Assembly (NCBI GenBank): GCA_023898465.1
Contig: CP060223.1
Span: 64,001 to 128,000 of the forward strand
Reading direction: 5' to 3'
DNA from: Candidatus Nomurabacteria bacterium
GTDB taxonomy: Bacteria > Patescibacteriota > Patescibacteriia > HK-STAS-PATE-3
DNA: 64,000 bases
The stretch's first letter is position 1. Every line of letters begins with the position of its first letter. This document shows positions 29,965 to 38,385 of the stretch, one piece after another. The notes under the pieces were generated by a model that worked only from the letters and a program-made list of their open reading frames with translations, was not told the DNA's origin and searched no databases. Position numbers and translations under genes: made by a program.

Positions 29965-30062
29965 TCTTTTTTCGTCTTCGTAAATCAGAAGGGGTCTCAC
30001 ACAGAGGCTCTTTCTGTTTTTTATATGCTATGGTATACTTTTTCGGTAAATATATTAGGGGG

Positions 30063-30935
30063 ATGTCCGATCACGCAATAACAATTCGTGAAGAGTATCA
30101 GCGAAAGGTCTTTATATTTATTTCGCTTTTTTTGTTACTCGCCTTAATCGCCGCTGGTATATTTGCTTTTTCATTCCGTAGTAACCAGATATTGCAAGAA
30201 CGCCAGCAAGAATTGCAGGAAGCTGCTTTTAGGGTTGCTAGAAAAATACCAATTACTGCGCATGAGGCTCTTATTTCGAGAGATCAACAAGAAAGCGATG
30301 AATATCTTGAAGTTCAGACATTATTGAAGGCAATTTTAGATGCAAATCCGGGCTTTGACGATGTGTATACATTACGCCCTACTCAAACAGCGCATATTTT
30401 TCAATTTATTGTAAGTGGTAAAGATACTGAAGATGAGAATAATGATGGTATTATTGATGAAAGCGAAGAAAAAGCTTATTTAACAGAATTATATGACGCC
30501 ACAAATTCTCCAGAATTAGAAAAAGGCTTACTTGCCCCTACTGCAGACAAAAATATTACTTATGATAAATGGGGATCGTGGTTGTCAGGGTACGCACCTT
30601 TACGTAATGCAAAAGGACAAGCAGTTGCAGTTGTGGGTGTAGACATGAAAGCGGAGCTAATTAAAGAACGACGCGCAGAGTTAGCAAGGAATGTTGGAAT
30701 TGCGATGCTGCTTGTCGTGCCAATTATTATTTTAGCCGCCTTTTTATTAGCGCGCTGGTTAAGCCGGCCTTTTGAGGTGCTTGCGCTAGGTATGTCACGA
30801 GTATCGCATGGTGACTACCATTATCGCTTGCCCATGAAGGGCGATAAGATAAATGATGCCTTTAGTGAACTGTTCAATAATATGTTGAACATGTACGATC
30901 CAGAACATCGACCAAAGCGGGATCAAAAAAATTAG
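30063..30935 (+). CDS. membrane sensor-like protein: TM, Cache/PDC-like extracytoplasmic domain, TM, HAMP domain, no output domain
   Basis: It has two hydrophobic helices and a HAMP-like segment (RPFEVLALGMSRVSHGDYHYRLPMKGDKINDAFSELFNNM). It stops 40 aa after the HAMP segment. The RBS ttaggggg precedes the ATG at 30063. Confidence 0.5.
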   Translation: MSDHAITIREEYQRKVFIFISLFLLLALIAAGIFAFSFRSNQILQERQQELQEAAFRVARKIPITAHEALISRDQQESDEYLEVQTLLKAILDANPGFDDVYTLRPTQTAHIFQFIVSGKDTEDENNDGIIDESEEKAYLTELYDATNSPELEKGLLAPTADKNITYDKWGSWLSGYAPLRNAKGQAVAVVGVDMKAELIKERRAELARNVGIAMLLVVPIIILAAFLLARWLSRPFEVLALGMSRVSHGDYHYRLPMKGDKINDAFSELFNNMLNMYDPEHRPKRDQKN

Positions 30936-31077
30936 CTAAATATATACTCGTTTATTTATACTCTTTGATCTTGTCATTTGTGGGTGACAGGGTTGACAAA
31001 AAGGGGTGTTTTGGCATACTTTATCTAGTTCTTTGATCCGCAGGCGAACCACAACTCTTTGACAAGGAGTGACACGG

Positions 31078-31260
31078 ATGAATCAGTCTGTAGCGCAGGG
31101 AAGCGAAGTCCAGAGTGTACACATCCACTGTGTACAGGAAGGCGGATCTCGCTGTTCGGTTTGCCATACCCAGTTTGCTGACGGCGATGACGTCTGCCAG
31201 CAGGGCCATCAGATCGGCGAGACCTACGAGGTTTCCGTCCCTATCAACAAGGCTGCCTAG
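31078..31260 (+). CDS. small Cys4 zinc-ribbon-like protein (60 aa)
   Basis: The Cys pattern is HCVQEGGSRCSVCHTQFADGDDVCQQGH. An aaggag RBS sits 8 nt upstream, and a hairpin plus T-run lies downstream. It is GC-richer than its flanks. Confidence 0.4.
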   Translation: MNQSVAQGSEVQSVHIHCVQEGGSRCSVCHTQFADGDDVCQQGHQIGETYEVSVPINKAA

Positions 31261-31322
31261 CAGCCACAATGCTCCTCTTCGCAGCTTGCGCGGAGGAGTA
31301 TTTCTTTATTTTAGGCTATCCC

Positions 31323-31351
31323 TTGACAAGATAGGGTTTTTCATGTAGTAT
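31323..31351 (+). promoter_or_regulatory. sigma70-like promoter (TTGACA-N17-TAGTAT)
   Basis: The sequence is cttgacaagatagggtttttcatgTAGTAT, 20 nt upstream of the pilin-like gene. Confidence 0.5.
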
Positions 31352-31371
31352 TCGCGGTTAACTTATCACCT

Positions 31372-31962
31372 ATGCAAAAGAACACCCTACAAGTCATCGC
31401 AATATTGGGCTTAAGCGTTCTCGTAGCACTCGAGCTCGCGCTACTCATTACCCGCTTTTTTGGCATAATTTCGCTAGAACAAGCCAAAAATGAGGAAAAA
31501 GCCAGTCAAAATACTGTGGTTGTGCTTTCTCCGCAAAAGCGGATCGAAGAAGTGCAAAGTATTGTTGCAGCATTGAAAGAGTATAACGAGGATCGCAAAA
31601 GCTATCCTAAGACGCTGCAAGGCTTAGTTCCGGCCTACTTATCAGGCCCAAGCGATCCGAGCACTGGATTTTCCGCCTATCGTTATGTCCCAATTGGTGA
31701 GCCGATTGAGTTTTACACGCTTACCTACACCATTACCGAGGACTACAACGAGCAATTACTGGCCGGCCAGCACGTGGCAAGTCCAAAAGGCTTAACTGGT
31801 GGAGAATTCCCACTAAGCGGCTCTGATTTAGATAATGATGGTGTGGATGACGCTGTAGAAATTTATGTCTATCGCACTGATAGTCAAAATCCTGACACTG
31901 ATAATGATGGATTCTCTGATGGTGTCGAGATTAGCAGCGGTCATAACCCACGAGGAAAATAG
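31372..31962 (+). CDS. type IV pilin/pseudopilin-like protein with C-terminal thrombospondin-type-3 Ca-binding repeats
   Basis: An N-terminal TM helix is followed by a GspG-like segment (IEEVQSIVAALKEYNEDRKSYPKTLQGLVPAYLS..PSDP). Two DxDxDGxxD repeats are present (DLDNDGVDDAVE, DTDNDGFSDGVE). There is no canonical G/FTLIE prepilin site. Confidence 0.45.
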   Translation: MQKNTLQVIAILGLSVLVALELALLITRFFGIISLEQAKNEEKASQNTVVVLSPQKRIEEVQSIVAALKEYNEDRKSYPKTLQGLVPAYLSGPSDPSTGFSAYRYVPIGEPIEFYTLTYTITEDYNEQLLAGQHVASPKGLTGGEFPLSGSDLDNDGVDDAVEIYVYRTDSQNPDTDNDGFSDGVEISSGHNPRGK

Positions 31963-31963
31963 T

Positions 31964-32728
31964 ATGGAATCTACGCAATCAACAACTTTTACAAGCAAAT
32001 TACTACGCCGCAAAGGCGTGGTCAGCATCGTGGTGTTATTGGCTCTGGCGATGAGCTACGGCGTGCTCTTAACTCAACCTTTTCTTTATCAGGCACGTGT
32101 GGAGCTGCTTATTATTCAGCAGCAGTCAGAGAATCAAGATTTACTCTCTGCACTTCGCGCCACTGAACAGGTTGGTAAAGGCTTAGTTGATGTTATTAGC
32201 ACCAGTTCATTCTTTGATAAGGTGCTGGCAACCGACTTTCCAATTACTGATGATTTCGGCACAAATCCGGAAGAGCGTCGCTTAGCTTGGCAAAAAACTG
32301 CCCATGCATCTATTTCTCAGCAATCTGGAATCTTAACAGTCACCGTGCTGCACAAGAATAAAGAGCAGGCAGCGGTGATTGCCCGCGGCGTGGCGCAAGT
32401 ACTTACCACCGAGAGTCAAGAGTTTCACGGTAAGGCAAATATCATTGTGAAGGTAGTAGATGATGTCTATACCAAGCAATGGCCTGTGCAACCAAACATT
32501 CTTGGTACTACCGTAGCCGCGCTTTTCTTTGGCATCATTGCCGGTGTTGGAATTGTCGCCCTCCTTCCTTTGCCAAAAGCAAAAGAAGCCGCGCCAGCAA
32601 TTCGTCGTACTGAAAATGATATGAGTGGAGCAGCGCCAAGTGCGCGAAAGACTTTGCATGAAATACGTATGAAGTCGACTCCGCCTCCGAGCCTACCGGG
32701 CATCGATGAAGAGGAAGACGATCTCTAA
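31964..32728 (+). CDS. Wzz/GumC-like polysaccharide chain-length determinant family protein
   Basis: It has N- and C-terminal TM helices flanking a ~170-aa domain. The ATG lies 2 nt after the upstream stop. Confidence 0.4.
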   Translation: MESTQSTTFTSKLLRRKGVVSIVVLLALAMSYGVLLTQPFLYQARVELLIIQQQSENQDLLSALRATEQVGKGLVDVISTSSFFDKVLATDFPITDDFGTNPEERRLAWQKTAHASISQQSGILTVTVLHKNKEQAAVIARGVAQVLTTESQEFHGKANIIVKVVDDVYTKQWPVQPNILGTTVAALFFGIIAGVGIVALLPLPKAKEAAPAIRRTENDMSGAAPSARKTLHEIRMKSTPPPSLPGIDEEEDDL

Positions 32729-32861
32729 CACGTCGTGCATTCTCAAGGGATGGAAGAGCTTCCATCCCGGAATGAGTGCGAGACCCGTACTCTGAACGTT
32801 GACAATTGAACGTATCAGGACTGGTTCCTGCATACGACGAGATAAACTTGGAGGTTTCCGT

Positions 32862-34085
32862 ATGCGCTGTTTGACCATGGCGTTGTGCCTTTGGCTCATC
32901 TTCGTGGCCAATGCGGCGCATGCAGGTGAGTATCAGAATCTCCGACCCGGTCCGCCGGTGTTGGAGCTGGGTGCGTTTTTCGCATCAACCTTTCCCGAAG
33001 CTCTACCACAGCTGCCAGCTGGCACGGTGGTAGCACACTTCCCGTGTCCGGTGCCGGCGACATTCGTGTTTGCCGATCGGAGTCTCCGCACCTACTCACT
33101 TCCGAGTGAGGCAAAGGTGGTGGCGACGGAGCTGCGTCGGGACGATGGTGGAGCGTACTACCAGTTGCTCTATCTCCTCTCGAATAAGCAGGCGAGCTAC
33201 GCGGAGCGATTCGCGTATCCGATCTGGCTGAATAGCGATCCGGTCTACGTCCCCAACAACACCAAACTCTTGGTATTGGAACGTGGTCCCGAGCAAGCGA
33301 CGGTTGTCACTTCTGCTCCTGTGACTGCGACACCGCAGCAGCAGGGTGAAGCGATCAAGACGACGCCGGTGGTGAGAAACACGCCCGTGTCCTCTGCGCC
33401 ATCGACTGGACGGGTTGAGGGTGAGCACATCATCCATCACCCCTTCATTCGCGGGCAGCTTGATTTGAGGACGGAGTTCCTCGGTGTGAAACCCGAGAAC
33501 ATCTTCACTCATCAAGTGATTCCATCGCTTTGGCTGAACCAACACCTTGGTTTGACCGGACGTTGGGAGCGGCACGAAGCGAAGGATCTCGATCCATCGC
33601 AGGGCTGGGGAGTCGGGCTCTGTTACCGGACAGCTCCTATACATCGATTGTCGGTCGAGTACGCTCGATTGACATTTGGTGAGATGAGTTCGTCCGGGCA
33701 AAGCATTCAGCTCGTGCATTTCGAATCCAGGCTACAAACCTGGTTCCTGCATCACGAGTTGGAAGCAGAGCAGCGGGATAACGACGCGAAGGAAGTTTGG
33801 ACTCGACTACGGTCGGGGCTTGCTTTCCAAGTCGGCTATCGTAGCCGGCTGCAGATGGGCGGAGAGTTAGCTAACCTGAACTACGAACTCGTAGCACAGG
33901 ACGGCTACTACTACGTGTCTGCACTTGGGACGCGCTTCAATCGATCTCACTACGGAGCATTTGCCAGCTTGGATACCCATCTGGGTGATCACTTCCCACT
34001 ACGACTTCTGGTCGGCGGCGGGAAGGGCAGTGTTCCAGAATGGAACTACATCAATGCCGAGCTGAGACTCGGAGTTGATTTCTGA
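32862..34085 (+). CDS. secreted OMP-like protein: signal peptide, N-domain, S/T/P linker, C-terminal beta-barrel-like domain ending in Phe
   Basis: The signal peptide is MRCLTMALCLWLIFVANAAHA, and a GGAGG RBS precedes the start. The C-terminal 230 aa show an alternating hydrophobic pattern and end in ...AELRLGVDF*. The GC content is high. Confidence 0.6.
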   Translation: MRCLTMALCLWLIFVANAAHAGEYQNLRPGPPVLELGAFFASTFPEALPQLPAGTVVAHFPCPVPATFVFADRSLRTYSLPSEAKVVATELRRDDGGAYYQLLYLLSNKQASYAERFAYPIWLNSDPVYVPNNTKLLVLERGPEQATVVTSAPVTATPQQQGEAIKTTPVVRNTPVSSAPSTGRVEGEHIIHHPFIRGQLDLRTEFLGVKPENIFTHQVIPSLWLNQHLGLTGRWERHEAKDLDPSQGWGVGLCYRTAPIHRLSVEYARLTFGEMSSSGQSIQLVHFESRLQTWFLHHELEAEQRDNDAKEVWTRLRSGLAFQVGYRSRLQMGGELANLNYELVAQDGYYYVSALGTRFNRSHYGAFASLDTHLGDHFPLRLLVGGGKGSVPEWNYINAELRLGVDF

Positions 34086-34335
34086 TGTACGAATCCTGGC
34101 CACTTGGTCAGTACTCATAACTCGTCGGGTGGTCAGGAGATCCGTAAGGATTTCTACAAAAGGACCTAAGGGTCCGCGACCTGTGCCGAACGCACACGGA
34201 GGACAACATGCGAAAGCGTGCTCCGCCGACTATCTGATGAGCTTGTGTAACTGACCATGCCCCAATCAACTTGTTTGGGGCTAGGGATTAACCTGCCCCG
34301 ACAACAAAAAATTGGGGCAAGCCAAGGAGGAAGCC

Positions 34336-35625
34336 TTGTTCAAGCTTCGCATCAGCGCGATCTTCGCGCTTCTCATCCTTCTGGGTGCCGGTCTCTATGG
34401 CTGCGCTCAGGAGCCCATCGTGTTCCAGCCCGATCAGGATGTGCCGACCGATCAGCTGCCGGGCGATGGCACAGCCACGCTCAGTCTGCAGATCGGCGGC
34501 GTACCGGCCCAGCACAATGGAGGCGCTTCGAGTGCTTTCATGGTGACCAATACGGTGCAGGTGATCGGCAACATCTTCCTCACCGGTGACCGACTGGACA
34601 CCGAGTGGAAGATGCAGAACTGGAGCAGCGGCGATGTCCAAATCCAGACCATGAACGGTCGTTGGTATTCGGTCGCTCCTTCGGTCGACGGCAACGTCCA
34701 GATCACCAACTTCCTCATCAACGACATCCAGCCGCAGCATTTCGTGCAGCTGGATGAGATGAAGGGGATCTTCGCCCAGGTCAAGCTGTTGCCGGATTCG
34801 TCTGGCTTCCAGTTGTATCAGCTCGAAGACAACCGGGATCAGCTGATGACGGTGCACTACCGAGTCTACGATCCTGCCCCGGCTGACTTCCAGGGACTCC
34901 AGATCGTGGGAACTTCCACGAACTGGAATCAGATGTATCCGGAGGCGATCTACAGCTCCGACTACGGTATCTGGGAGTGGTGGGGTCCGGCGTTGAAGGC
35001 GAGCGGCAACAAGGTCGCTTTCCGGATTCGCGGAAGTGGGGCTCTGCCGACCTCGTATTTGATCACTGCCCAAGGCGAAGTGAACGGTACGCCGGTTGGT
35101 GAAGAGGTCCAGCTCGACTGTACGGAGTTGGTGGAGAACGTGAATACGTACTTCGCCAGCACGACCTGGTTCACCGACCGCGGTTGGTTGGCTGGGAAGC
35201 GAGTCTACCGACTCATCATCCACGAAGATGGTGGTATCGAACAGGGATGCGGAGGCATCCCGATTCAGACGACCATCTCGATCACGAACAACCGCATTCC
35301 GCAGGATCACCACCTGATGTGTGTCTACGACGGCTACAACGACAATCAGCCGTTCGAGATTCCTCGGGTGAGCGGCAAGTGGGAAACCACGCAGATCACG
35401 CTCCATTCTGGTCCGGCGGCTCTGTCGGTCTGGGATACGAGTGACGGAGACAAGCCGATCATCACCACGGTGAAGATCGGCAGCCAGGAAGTGAAGCACC
35501 TCGAAGTGTTTCAGGATCCTGGTTCGGAGCCGACGGTTCACTTCACCTTCGTCCTTGGCGAGGGTCCGACCCTGCAACAGGGGACGGACAATCGCACTGG
35601 TACGATCGGAGGAGAGAACTACTAA
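34336..35625 (+). CDS. lipoprotein, unknown function
   Basis: The RBS aaggagg lies 5 nt before the TTG at 34336 (the ORF track uses TTG 34312). The lipobox is LLGAGLYGC. The antisense 456-aa ORF is Arg-rich and spurious. Confidence 0.6.
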   Translation: MFKLRISAIFALLILLGAGLYGCAQEPIVFQPDQDVPTDQLPGDGTATLSLQIGGVPAQHNGGASSAFMVTNTVQVIGNIFLTGDRLDTEWKMQNWSSGDVQIQTMNGRWYSVAPSVDGNVQITNFLINDIQPQHFVQLDEMKGIFAQVKLLPDSSGFQLYQLEDNRDQLMTVHYRVYDPAPADFQGLQIVGTSTNWNQMYPEAIYSSDYGIWEWWGPALKASGNKVAFRIRGSGALPTSYLITAQGEVNGTPVGEEVQLDCTELVENVNTYFASTTWFTDRGWLAGKRVYRLIIHEDGGIEQGCGGIPIQTTISITNNRIPQDHHLMCVYDGYNDNQPFEIPRVSGKWETTQITLHSGPAALSVWDTSDGDKPIITTVKIGSQEVKHLEVFQDPGSEPTVHFTFVLGEGPTLQQGTDNRTGTIGGENY

Positions 35626-35667
35626 TCGCCAGCCCTGGGAACGCTGACGATTGCACATTCTTGCCCC

Positions 35668-35712
35668 GCCCGCTACAACACTTTGTGTTGAAGCGCGGCG
35701 GGGCTTTCTTTT
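35668..35712 (+). terminator. intrinsic terminator (GC hairpin + ctttctttt)
   Basis: The sequence is gccccgcccgct...agcgcggcggggc followed by a T-run. A TTGACA promoter lies 70 nt downstream (35782). Confidence 0.5.
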
Positions 35713-36010
35713 ACCTTGGCAGGATGGAAATGTAACTAGTCTTCAAGTTCTGATGTTTGTTGAAGCAATGTTTCGTAGGGCTTGACAAAATAGCACTTTT
35801 CCTGCTAAAGTTCGCCGTTAACCAATGCGTAAAACCATCTAAAAAACGAACATTTTTACCACAACGACCTTAGTCGTTTGTGCTACTTATGGACATGAAT
35901 GGCTTGAGAAATGCCTAGCATTCCTCAACCGATTCTGGACCGGAAGTACTGCAGTAATTGTCATTCTTTGACAATTGAATTCAGAAGTCATTCTCACAGA
36001 GGAGGGTCTC

Positions 36011-37207
36011 ATGCGGACCTGGTATGTGGTTCTTGCGCTACTGGCGCTCGTCTCCTTTGGGTCCGCTCGGGCCCAGGTCATCGAAATCCCGATCGACTAC
36101 GTCGCGACGGATTCGGTGATTGCGAACTGGCCGCATCTCAACATCGGGGGCAACCCGGTGTACAAGAGCGGCTACCCGGCTGATTCCTTGGCAGTACATG
36201 CTGCTCGGGACGGCTGGTTCAAGACGACCTTCAACTTTCCCGTCGGGATCTACTGTCTCGATAAGGATGGGAAGATCATCAAGGGACGTGTCGAACCCGG
36301 ACAAACCATGAAGAATGGTGCCCGGGCCGATACGCTGATCGTGTCTATTCTAGCTGAGACGCCGGAGCAGACGCTGTATCAGATCCACGTTATTCAGGCG
36401 TGCGGTAACCCCGTGCTCTGGTCAGGCGTCGGTGTGTTGAAAGCACCGAAGCCGACTGGCCCACTGCCGCCGCCAACCCTGACTGTTCCGAAGCCCCCAG
36501 CACCACCTCCCATTGCGGAGACGGAGCCGCCGATCGTAGTAGAGCCTGAAAAACACTTCAGGCTACCGATCGATGGTTGGGCTGGAGTGGCAGGAAGTAA
36601 GTCACTCGAGTCCAAGGCTTGGTCGCTCTTCGAGGGCGTCTACATCGACTTTCCGTTGATCGTGGACAAGCTCACGTTCAAGTTTGGGGCGGCAACGTCT
36701 CAGGCAAACTACGAGAAGCTCCGTGGTCGGACGAGTTACCGAGGTGTTGGCGGCGATATGAGTCGCTGGCAAGTCGGCCTCTTCTACCGGCCTTGGGACA
36801 ACATCCAGGTTACCGGCCTGATTGGTCAGCAGTATGACCATAAGGCTGGCGACTGGCAGGATGGCGTCCAGCTGGAAGGAGTGCTGGGTTTCCCCATCGG
36901 TCGCTGGTGGAACGATGAGGATGTCAGCTACGGCACTACGACCAAAGCACTTTGGTTCCGCACTCGACATGCCTACAAGCTGTCGGGTGAAGGAATGCAT
37001 TGGTGGTCGATCGGCGGCGAGTTTGTCTATGACTCGTTCATGGACAACGATGGTCGATTCTACACTTCGCGCGTTCACGTATTTGGGAAGCGAGAGTTTC
37101 CCGGATTCTGGAATCGCGAGGCTGTCTTCATCTTCGGTGGCGGAAGAGGGAGTAAAGACGAGGCTTGGGGCCTCATAGCAGAACTAGGGCAGCGGCTCTG
37201 GTTCTAG
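36011..37207 (+). CDS. secreted OMP-like protein: signal peptide, N-domain, Pro-rich linker, C-terminal beta-barrel-like domain ending in Phe
   Basis: The signal peptide is MRTWYVVLALLALVSFGSARA, with a GGAGGG RBS. The linker is PKPTGPLPPPTLTVPKPPAPPPIAETEPP. It ends in ...GQRLWF*. The architecture matches the gene at 32862. Confidence 0.6.
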   Translation: MRTWYVVLALLALVSFGSARAQVIEIPIDYVATDSVIANWPHLNIGGNPVYKSGYPADSLAVHAARDGWFKTTFNFPVGIYCLDKDGKIIKGRVEPGQTMKNGARADTLIVSILAETPEQTLYQIHVIQACGNPVLWSGVGVLKAPKPTGPLPPPTLTVPKPPAPPPIAETEPPIVVEPEKHFRLPIDGWAGVAGSKSLESKAWSLFEGVYIDFPLIVDKLTFKFGAATSQANYEKLRGRTSYRGVGGDMSRWQVGLFYRPWDNIQVTGLIGQQYDHKAGDWQDGVQLEGVLGFPIGRWWNDEDVSYGTTTKALWFRTRHAYKLSGEGMHWWSIGGEFVYDSFMDNDGRFYTSRVHVFGKREFPGFWNREAVFIFGGGRGSKDEAWGLIAELGQRLWF

Positions 37208-37221
37208 AAGGGAGATTCCTG

Positions 37222-38385
37222 ATGCGTTTTCTCCGTTTCATGGCCGCTGCGCTGTTGCTGCTCGGTGCCTTCGGGTGCCAGAAGCTCCCCAGCGAGCCGA
37301 TCGACACCGGTGGCAGTCAGCCGCCGCAGGAGTACAACGGACCTGAGTCTGGTCTCGCGCTCAACTTCGAGCGTGGCGCCGGACAATACGAATTCGTTTC
37401 CGACATGTTCATCCATCAGGGTGGCGTGACGGATTGGGCGACTGTAACAGTCAACCCGGATAACTTCTTCCTCACCACCTACGCTGGACACTGGTATAGC
37501 GACATGCTGACCAGGGACGGTGTGCCGGTGCTGGGAGACTACACTCTGGCCGGTTCGACTCCGTCCAACTACTGGATGGATGAGAACCGCGGTGTTTTCG
37601 CGAGCCACATGGTTCTCGTCAGCGACGCTGACAGTGCCTGGGTCTGGCAGTGGCCCTCCAATGCCAGCCAGTTGGTCGACCTCGACATCGAGGTGCTCAA
37701 CTGGTCATCGGCAACGGATCTTGGCGTGGTCGGTACGCCGACGTGTTACGTCGTGCACCCGGCCATGTTGAACCACTTGCATGACAACGTCTACGGACGC
37801 TCGCTACGCCTCCTGCCCGGTGATGCCAAAATCGCTGTGATGGATATGTACGAGCGAGTTGGTCTGGGTGATGCAGTCACGGTCCGTATCAACGGCACCG
37901 AGCTGGTCGCCTACGTCGATGACTTCACGCATGACAACCAGCCGACGGTACATCGTTACTTCCGCTTTCACGTGAACGCGGATGGGACGGTGAGCTCGAT
38001 CGGTACTGAGAACCGATTCTCGTATGGGAACACGGTCTCGGTCAGCAATTCCAATATCGATCCCAGCGCTACGGTGTATCTCAACGGCACAGGCCTCACC
38101 AACGGTGAGATGATGCCGATGACCTATGTCGGCAGCTGGACCTGGCAGCTCACCGGTCTCACGACCTGGGTGGGCGAGCAGGATTTGAGGGTGAGTATGG
38201 AAGACGGGACTGGTGTGTTTCGTACCGTTCGCTTGAACGGAACGGAGTTGCACCACCTGGCTGCCGTGCCGCTCGACCCGGATCCTCCGATCCAGGTCTT
38301 CCGATGCACGCCCATGCATGACCACACGGTGATGCAGGGCGAGGACAACCGGGCCGCTGACATCGGCATGGAGACCGGCGGATGA
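37222..38385 (+). CDS. lipoprotein, unknown function
   Basis: The lipobox is LLLLGAFGCQK. An RBS gaagggag is present. Confidence 0.6.
   Translation: MRFLRFMAAALLLLGAFGCQKLPSEPIDTGGSQPPQEYNGPESGLALNFERGAGQYEFVSDMFIHQGGVTDWATVTVNPDNFFLTTYAGHWYSDMLTRDGVPVLGDYTLAGSTPSNYWMDENRGVFASHMVLVSDADSAWVWQWPSNASQLVDLDIEVLNWSSATDLGVVGTPTCYVVHPAMLNHLHDNVYGRSLRLLPGDAKIAVMDMYERVGLGDAVTVRINGTELVAYVDDFTHDNQPTVHRYFRFHVNADGTVSSIGTENRFSYGNTVSVSNSNIDPSATVYLNGTGLTNGEMMPMTYVGSWTWQLTGLTTWVGEQDLRVSMEDGTGVFRTVRLNGTELHHLAAVPLDPDPPIQVFRCTPMHDHTVMQGEDNRAADIGMETGG

Noticed and set aside
29559-30000. ORFs of 108-122 aa on the minus strand across the AT-rich region and the histone-like gene
   Set aside because: They are extremely AT-rich and hydrophobic or low-complexity, and overlap a well-supported promoter, RBS and CDS on the plus strand.
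34288-35658. 456-aa antisense ORF opposite the lipoprotein gene
   Set aside because: It is Arg-rich (RRTRMERDLRG...), typical of spurious antisense frames in GC-rich DNA. The sense strand has an RBS plus a lipobox signal peptide.
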